Assembly: GCA_964199315.1 (NCBI GenBank)
Contig: OZ116699.1
Coordinates: 15,438,001 to 15,502,000, forward strand
Reading direction: 5' to 3'
DNA length: 64,000 nucleotides
Source of the DNA: Orbicella franksi
Lineage: Eukaryota
Shown here piece by piece: positions 30,495 through 42,400 of the stretch. Under the pieces are notes generated by a model. The model saw only the letters and a program-made list of their open reading frames with translations. It ran no database searches and was not told where the DNA came from. How positions within the stretch are numbered: the stretch's first letter is position 1; every line of letters begins with the position of its first letter. Position numbers and translations under genes: made by a program.

Positions 30495-33400
30495 CTACAA
30501 AGAGGGGAGAAATACACACACAAAATATCAGTGGTTTTCCTTCATGACAGATGGAATTGCTTGTGTATGTTAGAAGACATTAGAGGAACAATCTCTTTCA
30601 ATTTACCTCACAAGAAATGAATACAGTAGCGATGTATCTACTCCAAAGCGCTCGGCGTACACACTCTAAAAAACAAAAATATAGCAACTGATTAAAATAT
30701 TTGTATCGGAACCGAACATACTTTAGTTGAATAAAACTCTTGTAGCAAATTCATTACTGAACAGTTTTTATGTTTAGACCGTGCTGATTGTTTAGCCATT
30801 CTATGCCGTACGTTAAATTTCCACACAGTAAAGTAAAGACAAAACTCATACTCACCCTCAATTGCCGTTGAACATTTTTTAAGTAAATAATTTTCTTATC
30901 ACATTCCTCGATTTCGTTGACCAGTTTAGAGGCCAGGTCTTTCACATCTGTAAAAGACGATACACACCAGATCAATACCGCATTCCTATTTTGGGTTCTT
31001 CATAAGGATTTGGGTTTACTTAGTCACATCCCATGTCCGTTGTAGTTTATGGTCTTGTATCGTGATGTCCAAGTCAGACTTCAAGTGTACAAAGTTAGCT
31101 CAACACACCTTTCTTATTCTCCACATCCGCCATCTTGTTGTAGGAATTCATGCTCTTTTTCTTAGCTCTTCGCTCCAACATTAGCTGCTGAGAGATTTCC
31201 TGGAAAAAAATGATTGATTAAGCTCTCGCATGTGTTCTGGATTTCACGTGACATCTGTCCGAAAATACATTTTTAGCTGTAGTTAATACGACTTGCGGTG
31301 TAATGTGGTGTTCACGATGAGTAAAAATAGAGCGGTTTTCATTTGAGTATCGAGCAGTAATTGGTTTTACATCAACTAAGCTACACGATTGGCTTGAAAA
31401 ACTCGCGCCACTTTTTCATCCAATCAGAAGTAAAATCAAAACTAATCGTGACTCACTCTCACGCGTTTTCCCGCGCTACATGTTATTCCTTCGAGTTTTG
31501 ATTGGTTCACTGGATTGTCTTTGTCCTTTGCGATTGGCTAGAGTGATTACTTTAGTTTTGGTTTTTACGGCACTCAATTGAAGACTGTGCTAGTACAGCG
31601 ATTTAATCTAAACTCATGAAACCGGTGTCAATGGCGGGATGTCTCCCGGGCCAAGTCACAAGTGCTTTTAGTTTTGCTCTTTATTTGCCGAGAAAGAAGA
31701 TATCATCTTCGCTTTGACTCCATCACAAGCACACCATCTTTGTCCTGATTGGCTGAGAAGACACTATCTGCGCGCCCATTGGTTTACGCGAGTCGTGCAA
31801 GCTTCCTGAATTGATTACTTTTCAAATACAAGCGTTAGCTCTGCTTACAAAGCTAGTATCTTACCATAATTTTAGTTCCCAGTTTTTCCGTCAGATCCTC
31901 CACGCTCGTTGCCAGTTTGACTCCCTGAGTGGGTAGAATGACAAAATGGTTAAAGGAGCTCAGTCACGGTATTTTGAGTTATTTTGGCGTACAAAATTAC
32001 CGCTATATTGAGGGAAACCTGAAAATATTAACCACGATAGAAAAAACACTAAAGAGATAACAATAAACCATAAAGGAACAAGGATGGTTAAGTAAGGATG
32101 GAGAAGATTACCACGGATTACAAACGACGAACTGGACAAATCTAGGCTACGCTTTTCAAGATGCGCAGCTCCTTTAATGGTTAGGTCATAAGCATCTGAA
32201 CAAGAATATTCCACAATATGTCCAGCAAACTGTCTATATATTCATTGAACGTCATTATTAACATCATACAAAAGAGCCAGGGCGCATGACAATATGATGG
32301 TAGTTTTTTATCCAGCTCACCAATTCTTCAAATACATAAAGAAATTAAATTTATGAGGAAAATCTAAAATATTTTTAATTTCTGTGTTAGCCTAAATTCC
32401 AACAAGTTAGCCCCATGGCTATTAACAGTGTGGTTTCCTTGTAAAACATGTATCGTCATAGCGACAGGATAAAATCCGAGGATTTTGGAAAGCTCAGTGT
32501 TCTATTTATCAAGTAATCTAGTGCCTGGACTATCCAAGACTGGTTAAAAATATTACATTTGTGGATAGCTAAGTATTTCCAATACACCGTAAATATATAT
32601 ATCACTGCATCTTTTTGCTCACCATTACTCTGTGATAGTCGTCAAAAATAGGTGTTAACAATTCTTGGATGTCCGCTTGCATTTCAGGAGCAATAATTTT
32701 GATGGGCAGAAACTCGGTAGCTTCTCCTAGCGGAGACATGAGAATGTCCTTCGCCCCAGTCCCGCTCCTCTCACTGCTGCTTCTGGAGATGGAGTTAAAA
32801 TACAAAGGCTCCAGACTGAGGTGGGATTCCTCGCGAGACAGGTTGATAGACTCCGGAGGGCTGATGTCACTGACAGTGCTCTCAGAGAATTGCAAGGTTG
32901 GCCTGTTAAAAAAAGAAAACAATTCTACTGTCACGTACACTCTATACACTGTAACATGGCTAACAAAGCCCCCCAAAAAGGTTTCAAGTAAAATGTTGTG
33001 AACTTTAATTTCATGAGACGATAAACTTAACGAACTGTTTTTGTTATCACGTGAGTTCATAACCCAACGTTAATACCAACAGTGTTGAGTTTTACCTTAA
33101 CAAAGACTTGGTGCTCGCAAGCAGTTACTTATATACGGTATTTTCAGTTGTCATTTGTGAACGATTCTCAAAACGAAAGGCAATTTTGATGAAAAATATT
33201 GCTGAAACTTTGGATAAGAGGACTTTTGTAAACTACTTAGTAAAACTGTACTTTCAAGACCTAGAAATACTATAAAGACCGTACTATTGACTACGCGTTA
33301 CATGAGAGAAGAAGAAGTTCCATTCTCAAAGACTGTGGCATTCATACATGTGTGCGGCTGAATGAAGGAAAAAATATCGAAATCTTGTAAGTGGCCTCAA

Positions 33401-36400
33401 GAAGTTGAGTTTGATGTGACAAACCTTCTACTCTGTTCTCCGCCTGTGACAGCTTCGTACATATCATGAAGAAGGTCCTCGTCCCAATACAAATCATTGT
33501 ACTGATCGGTAATGGCCTCTTTGAAGTTTTCCTCGCTCATTCCGGCCAAAGACAGCACATACTCAGCTATAAATACAGTGAAACGGATGTTGCTTAGAGA
33601 TAACAAGATTTTGTTAAAGTTACCCGGACCACCGTGCTATATGGTAGTCAAGTCTATATTGCTTGGTACATAACTTGTCGTATTACCTTCGACTGTCGTT
33701 CCCATTTCTTTCATGCACATACATGAAGTAACGATGAAATAAACTCTTTGGCAATATTAACGACGATATTTATCGATCAGGTTGTTATTCAAACAACAGA
33801 TTCACTTATGAAGGACAGAGAAAAGTAAAACTATTCCTGAATATTTGAAAACGTGGTTTAAAACGTGCCAGGGTTGTAAATCACCACAGGAAACTGCTGA
33901 AACACTCGACAACGCGAGAGACCATGCAATAAGTTGTTTTGACACCGTGTTTGAGTAACAAATAAATCCAGCAAATGATGGGTTATGTGCGTCAGACGCT
34001 GAGTCTCCTTTGTATTGTTAAATGGATTTCTGATTCAACAAATCTCTTGGGACGAGCCTCGGCAACAAAATAATATGCAAATTTTCCACGCTTGTTTTGC
34101 TGTTTTCGATCATAAAATTGCCTAAATTCATCAATAATTTTTGAACCAATAAATTGTCAGTGACGTTTAACATGAAAAATTGAATTAATTCTACCGCCCT
34201 ATCATTATCCATCGAAACAACACCTAAAATATGCCCTTGACAAAATAACCAGCTCGTGCCAGATGATTCTTGACATTGTACCTTTCAAGAAGTTTACAAA
34301 TCTCCATGTTAGACCCTATTTTTGAGCATCCCTGCCTTCCTTCTTCGACGACACCTTCTCCAGTCTAACATTAACAAGTATGGTGCTCTTTGTTACAGAA
34401 AGTTCTCGACAAACAGCTTTCAAAATGGTTCTTTTTTGGTACGTGCCCGCATCTTAATGAAGTCAGCTGTTTTTGTTAGAGTGGTAGCCAATTTGCTGCT
34501 AATTGGCTGTTTAATTGTACACGAGCTCACAAAGGGTCGGTCAGGAAGGTCTTAATTAAAACACATATTGTGTTTCGGATTTGTAAGTGCACAAAACTGA
34601 TGGACAGGAAAACTTAAGTAACTTAATTAGCCAACCCACCAGTGCCTTCGTACACCTTATTACCTTAACGCACGTAATCACACAGAAACTGCAGAGTAAA
34701 GCAACGACTTGTAAAATGAATAACTTCTCATATATTAGTATTGATAATGGCTCCTATCTAAGTGATTGAGAAGTTGATGACGTAGGTAGAGCAAATGACA
34801 ATGATTGTCACAATGAATTGGACCACAAAACAAAAGCAATATTTGAACGGCTACAAACAAACATTGAGGAAGACGTTCGCAATATTGTTTTCTGTGTTTT
34901 TAGTTCAATCTTTGACAACTTCAACAGCGTTTTAAAAGGTGCAGGAATCGTAATTCGATTCAAATAAATTGGCAATTTTTGTCGTTTGGAGAGACCCTAG
35001 AAAAAAATCAGGTTTCAACTTTAATTCAGCTGAAGTTGGCCATCGATGTGGCTTTACTTGAAAATGCAAAGGAGAGTCAGCTGCCTCTTAATCTAATTAC
35101 TTTATTACTTGATTTCTATAACGATGACCCTTTTAACCCCGCACAATTACTAAAAACAGAAATATAAATTTTTTCCGGATATCGGGAAAAAACATATTAT
35201 TCAACGAAGCATTTTATCACGTGCAACACTTCAGGGCTTTCGCGAAAAAGAGGATGAAACACCTTTTTTTGTTTAGAACGCTACCGCACGGTCAACCTTA
35301 GATGACATAACGTGCACCTATAAAAAAGGAACACGCATATTTCTTACCCATATTGACGTCTTCCACTCCATCATCCATGTAGCCATCAAATGCAAACTCG
35401 TCGTGTATCATGTCGATAATCTTGGAGAGAACACCCTTCCCCTCTGACGAAGACACACTGGAGGACAACACCTTTTGACGACACAGTAAAAGACAGTGAA
35501 TCTATCGTTAGGTGTTTGTTATTTTCTAGCCGCTAGAGTTATACAGAGGACGCTTGACCCTATTTTCTATTTAGCAAATAAATTCCATGTTGCCTTGCGT
35601 CTGTCCAGTATTATCACAGAGGACGTCGAAATGTGGTATGTTCTTACAACATTTTGAAGTCTCCCTACTGTGATCTATTACTGAACAGACGCAAGGCAAC
35701 ATGGAATCTATCTGTTTTATGTAATAAAGAACCAAAAAAATGTTAATGACGTCATCTATACGAATGTCCTCCAACAGAGAGAGCATGAGAAAGAACCAAT
35801 CAAAATACGAGACTAATTCGACTTATTATATAAATGTCTAAATACAGGGACTAGGAATATATTGACAATCCAGCTGCATGACCATGTTGTGTGGGTTTTC
35901 ATTTCTGAGTTGGTCCTTAGTTCCTAAGAACGGATTTGGCAAGAAAATAAGATAGTGTCAGAAAACCTATAAGGTTCCACGAATGATCAAGAAGCATCAT
36001 CTCTTTGCGAGTAACGTATTTTTCCCAAAGACCCGACACGACAACCGTGGCCAAGCTTGGTCTCCATGGCCGAATCTAAAATTATAGACCTGCTCAAATG
36101 GTGAAGACAGAATTACACAAGGACTCTGCACTAGACTAGGTGGAGTATAACAAGTGTGGCTATAAGTCTAAGCTCAGTTTTTACACCACAGCTTTGGCTT
36201 AAATCCTCATAAACTTTGTTTTACGTACTAACTGTAATGTCATTGTGCCTTGCACTTCAAAGTTGAAAAGGATAAAAATTGCCTCACTTACCTCGGGCGA
36301 AGAACTCTCATCCTTTGAAGCATTACTGGGAGAGATAGTTGTTTCAATATCGACCACAGGAAACGATCGAGGGCTAACAGCAGAAGCAACGTCTTCTTGA

Positions 36401-39400
36401 TTTCGCACAGTAGTGCTTTCTTTTGAATCTAAAAGTTCTTGCTCCTTTTTCTTTGAAGCTTTATCAGAATCTGACAGTCTTGGTTTATGGTTTGAGCTAC
36501 TGCCTGTTGGAGTTTGCCCCTGGCGACTTGTTTTTTCCTTTTCTACCGCTTCTATCGTCTCATCTGGCAAGAAAAACATTTTTCCTTGTGGGCGCTTTCC
36601 CTTGACACCTTCCTTTGTCGCTGGAATCGCTGATTCAGCAAACGAGGCCTTTGGAGAAGAACCTTGCTTAACTGCGGCTGAATTTAACACCTTCTTAACT
36701 AGTTGGCCTAGGAGCTCCTTAGAATCGACTTTTGACGAGGAAGGAGGGCTTTTGCTGGAATTCCTGCCTGAAATGTCGGGAGGTGGCGTAGAAGCAGCAA
36801 CAAACTCTTTGGGAGTTGACTTCCCGGTATGAGCGAGCGCCGCTAACTTCACGGCTGAAGGTACTTCTCTAGATTTTTGCGAATGACTGTTAGAGCATTC
36901 ACTGGAGTCCACAGAGCGCTTATCCGTCATTTTGGACACGTCGCCTTTAAGATTCTTGAACTTATCGCTATCACTTGGTGCCATTTTGGTCGGGGATCTG
37001 TCAGATTTTGCCGATGAGGTCTGAAAGGGATTTGAAGCATCCTCGGGTTGAACACTTCTAGATAGAACAGCCACATTTGCTGGATCTTTCAGTGCAACAC
37101 TTGGCCCTTTTTCTGACGAGGGAACGGAATTTTGTTGCTCTATCGGATCATAGAAAATACTGGTACCTGTCAGAAACTTTGGAGATGTTGGCGAGGGCGA
37201 ATGCAACGGAGAGGTAGGAGGAGATTTCAGTCGATTACTCTTACTCTCCTTTCCGCTACGTTTTTGAGTCTCGTCAGGATCTGACATGTTTAATCCACTA
37301 TCGGAGGAGGAGCTACTCGGAAATCGCTTGTTAGTTTTCCCTGATGTCGCTCTACTTTTAGACAAAGTTTCCTCAGAGGAGGGAACGTAGAATACATCTG
37401 AATCTCTAGGAGTATCCACAGAACTCAAGTTTTCTGAGAATTGATCTTCAGTAGGTAAAACAGAGGACAAAGACGATTTGGAGACTCTCTCTGAAGGGTT
37501 GGCCGGACCACTTCTCTCTTCGCTGCTTTGACCTCGCTGCCGTGTCTCTGGGTTATACTGACCTCCTCTTAATTCCTTCTGCTCCAGTTTTGGATCTCGT
37601 GCATTAGGTGACCCACTTGGGTTGCCAGGATAGGTAGCCCCGGCTGCCCCAAAGAACTCAATGTGCCCTTTTGGTGACTTCGGGTAGAGGGGAGAGGTGG
37701 GATTGCTGGCTGCTTTGGGAGGAGGTTTGATAGTAGCGCTACCTTTGGCAGGGGTGCTTCCCCTTCGAGTGTAAGGGTACCTTAAAGGACTTGATGCTGA
37801 CGAAGAGGATGTGCTGCTTGTGGTTTTATTGCCCTGATAATGCGGATTGGAAGAGTAAAGGTTCCTTTCTCTTGAGCATTCTTTGGCCCCGTGTCTCGCA
37901 TTAGAACTTGTTACGTCGTTTCCCTTCGCATGAGGATTACTCGTAGAAACAGCTTTGGAATGTGGATCATTTTTACCGACATTTCCGTTGTCCTTCCTTC
38001 GATGTAAAACAGATCCTTCCCCCAGGAAACTCCTGGAAAAGTCTGACGCTGTTTGACGTACCGATAAACTGTCCTGTGAAGAGCTTTTGTGGACTTGTTT
38101 TGGGCTACGTGATAAATTAGTTTGCGATGAACTTTTCGGCAGCGGACCGTTCCGCGGAAGGCTTGAAGAATCGCGGTTTCCTAAAAGATTGATGGGTTGT
38201 GAAGTAGGTAGTGAATTTCGTTTGGATCTCGGGGTTCTGGTTTCCGAAGTAGTTTGCTTCTGAGGCATAGGATTTGAGACAAGTTTTCTAAGTGACATTG
38301 GTGACGGAGGATTTCTGGACGGAGAAGCATTGTCTTTCAAAGAAGGACTGTCATCTGATGGATGCCTTGACCTCACAATTTGATCGGTTCTAAATTGCGT
38401 TCTTGGAGTCTGGGAATCCTCTGAAGTCAGTGGGGTAGTTGATGACCCTTGGGTCGTAGAAAGACCACACGAGCTTTTGACTGTCGAAGAACATCCTGGG
38501 CCAAGCCCAGGATTACTTTTAGTATCCATTTTAGTGTTTGGATTTCCAGTCAGAGTTGAACAATTTTTGCTGACATTGTCAGCAGTTTTAGCGTCCCTGC
38601 AGTTTAAACCTTCAAGTGTACCGTTAGCGGAGCTTGGAAGAGGTTCTTCGTTCTCAATATCACCCGTGCTGCGAAGGATTTTTCTCTCGAATCGCTTCAC
38701 ATAGTTATCCGATGCATTTCTCCTATTTGTGACCGTATCAGAGCTAGCACCTTCTATACTGTCACGAGAAGATCTCTTTGGAAGACAGTTTGTGTCTCGC
38801 TCAGGTTCCATTTCCCCGCATTTGAAAGTGACGTTGGTAAAGTAGTTTGATGGCTTAAAATCCTTCAGTGATCCTGGACTTAAAGGAAACGTAGGAAAAA
38901 GAATAGTTCCATCCACACCACCATATGGCAAACCAAATCCGCCCACAGAACTCAGTGGACAAGAAACTGTCGGCCTTGTGGCTTCTAAAATTGCCAAATC
39001 CACGGGGATCTCAAACTTATGAGCGTTTGATGTCGGAGAACAGAGGAGGTCCTTAGGACTTTTGACATCGCAATATTGAATAGAAGGGTCTCTTTCTGGA
39101 AGAAAGCACAGATTCCTTGGTTTTGTTCGCGGCGAGCCTTTTTCTCGGACTGGTTCAGAATCAAGAGACGATTTTCTAGTAAGTTCGTTTGACGAGCCAT
39201 CTTTGGTTTGCCAGGGTTTCGACAAATTTTCGGATGTGTGATTTGACTTGATAAGGTAATCATTTCTTAGATCAGTACTTGACGAACCTCTCCCGGAAGG
39301 AGTGGAAGAGACATTGCCAGATGGGCTTCTTTCTTTCGTTGTCTTTGAACTATATTTCTCATCCACCTTATTGTTTTTAGTCGGATAATCGTTAGTCAAA

Positions 39401-42400
39401 GAGAGCCCAGATACTAAACGTTCTTGGACGTTCTTCCCAAGAACATTTGATGGGCTACTGTCTCTCATGATATTCTCTTGAGACGTCCATTTCCTTATGT
39501 TCTCTAACAGCCTTGTTCTGGGCTCGTGACATTTATCAACAGTGGATTCATTCTCTATGTCAAGGCTTCCTTGGGAGGATGACAGGCGATTCCGACCTTC
39601 GACAGAAAGCATGGTTTGTCTGCCGTCAGTCGAACCTGAATCTGATCCACTGCGTTGAACTTCGCGGGGATCAGCGGAACTGCTGACTGATGACCGCCCA
39701 CTGTCGTCTGATGACTCACTTGTCCTAGTTCTATCGCGAGACGAGGTAGGAATACCAGGCCTCGAAGTTGACAGTTCATGATCTGACGCGGGATGTGCTC
39801 CGTCACGCTTCGACGACGGACGAAGAGGACCAGTCTTAGAAGCTGGCTGGGGAGCTGAGGCAGAAAGATTGGGCTTAAATTGTCCCTTAACAATGCGATC
39901 TTCAGGTACCAGAGACGAAGAACCAAACTTTGATATCATGGACGTCACGGAGTTAGAACGAGCCCTTGGAGAGTTGTCTACAGACTCTTGAGACATTTGC
40001 TCGAACTTCGAAACAAGCATGGAAACGGGACTATCGGATCGTGATCCTGCGGGGCTGGATGGTCTACTATGGGTCCTGGGTCTTTGCACAGGATTGTTTG
40101 GTCTCGATCCTGACGGAGACGAGATTGATCTTCTCAGCCCATCCTGTGAGGTAGATGGGCTCGGGGGACGCCAGTTTGGGAAGGAACCCGTTGATACTCG
40201 TGTAAGGGGTTTATCATCAGATGACAAGTTCAATCCCTCTCTTCTCCAGTAAACGGGAGGCGTTTGGGAGCGAGGAGGAGTCGCCTCTCTGGGAGACGCT
40301 CGTCTTCCCAAGGAAGGAGAAGGAGTTTTCGCACGAACTAGTTTGATCTCTTCGCCAAGTTCGTTGGATTCACTAGTTATCGGTACCCTTCGTCGAGCAA
40401 CATTGGAATTTGCTTCTGATTCAACTGGAGTTGATCTGCTCTTCGCAATTGGTGTTTGCCAAATGGGACGAGGAAGCTTGGACCCCTTGCTGTTCTCTTG
40501 GGCAGTGGAAAGCCTCGTTTGTTGTTTTGTGTCTGATTTTGAACTTTCCGATTTATCAAACCTTGGTATTGTACTGCTTGTTTTCTTTGGTCTAGGTACC
40601 ATATCAGAGGACTCACTCAGATCGCTATCTGTTGACACAACTGACTGATTCAACGTCACGGACGCATCATTAGAAACATATGGCATAGGGGACATGGCTT
40701 GTTGAGGATAAGGCATCATTCCTCCCTGGGGCATGTACCAGAATGGGGACATCGGTAAAGGGGCTACACTGGGCATAGCAACGGCGATAGGCACAAATGT
40801 GGCATTAGGGACGGAAGGCATTTGGTTGTCGCTTACATCAGAATGCACGCTTGGAGAGGCAGAACGCCCAGCTGGCGTTATGGGGCTGAACATCATCTGG
40901 GCTTCGGATTGGCCGTAGTGTGGATAGACATATAAGGATGGCGAAGGAGGCTTAATGGGCTGCTCCTCTGCTGGCTTTCTCGATTCGTCGCTTCCTTGAT
41001 CGTTCTCACCGGCAGAGAAAGGGTTCTTGTTCAGCTTGGCTGATGCTAGAAGAGATAAAAGCTGTTCTTTTTGATCCTCAGTCAGGAAATAGCCCCGTTT
41101 GCGTTCCGTGGAAGTGTCTTGGTTGGTATTCGCATCATTTACAGTGTTAGACTTGTCATTTGTGGAATCAGATAACGGGATTTCCCTATCGCCTTTCGAA
41201 CAAACGCTGGATGTGACTTTGTCCTTTTGCGAATCCTCTGCAAGAGTATTCTTCTCCACTTTTGCTTCTTCTGACTTGGGAATTACTTTGTTCGTTAGAA
41301 ATTCTTTAGTGGGCTTCCAATCGACATTACTGGACGGTTCTTGCTTATTTTGAGCCTTGACGAAGGGATTCCGTTCTTCAGGCTTTGCCGTCTGGAAAAA
41401 ATAAAAAGAAAGAAATAAAATTTCTCACACCTGATGATAACAATAATACGCAACGATTTTATTTCCGTCCGTTTCGATACAACTGGCGAATTGGGTTCAT
41501 TGTTGAAGAAATTAATTTTGCGCCCAAGAGCCGATTGCTTTCCGCAGCGTAGAGGGATTTTATGCTGAAGAAAAAGAAATTACCCGGCTTGGATTACAGA
41601 ATTGTCAACACGGCAAGAACGAATGTGTGCTCCTGAAAGTTAACGGTTGCAAACAAAAGCAACGCGAATAGAAAAACTTGATGATTGTTTCGATGATTTA
41701 TTGTTATGCTATCCGCTATTTATTTTCGCGCATGCTTGTTTATTAAACCTGTGGCTTTGAATTGAGACTGTAATCGCTAATACACCTCGAATCCTAGATG
41801 GCGTTAATTAAAGTATATTGTTGTTTCTCGGCGCATGACTCTCTAAAATTCTGAAAAGAATTCGAAGAGTTCGGAATTTGCGAGCGAATCGTTTACAAAG
41901 CATCAAAATTCGTGCAAACTGGACCTTCACTGATCCTCGAAACAGGTGGTAAGATAGTGAAAGTTCTGAACGGAGAATCAGAGAATTTGAATAACCCGAC
42001 CATAGCAGAGAAACATCTTTTACACATTCTTGTTAACTGAAGATGATCAAATAGATACGAGGTTTAACTAAAGTCAACAGGAGTCTTACCTTGAGGCGTT
42101 TGCAATAGAAGGAAGTCATGAATTAAGAGACCCACATACGTAAAACATGAAAGCTTATTTAGGTTATGTGATGTCCACAGCAAATTCTCACTTTAGGATA
42201 GTATAGTTCAAAAAATATATATGAATAATGTTTCACCCGAAAATTAGAAACACCTGAGGAAACACCGTGCAAATTGGAAAGTCTTTGTAGCATGTCCTCT
42301 GCGGAAGTTTGAAATGTTTTGACAAGTTGGTTCATTTGAATTTAACACAAATCTGGAGTTAGACAAACATTTAAATAGAAAAGTGGATTGTAAAATTCAA

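Noticed and set aside
36413-41353. Multiple plus-strand ORFs opposite the giant exon (likewise 59268-62512)
   Set aside because: Antisense shadows of a long Ser-rich coding frame; no independent motifs or splice structure.
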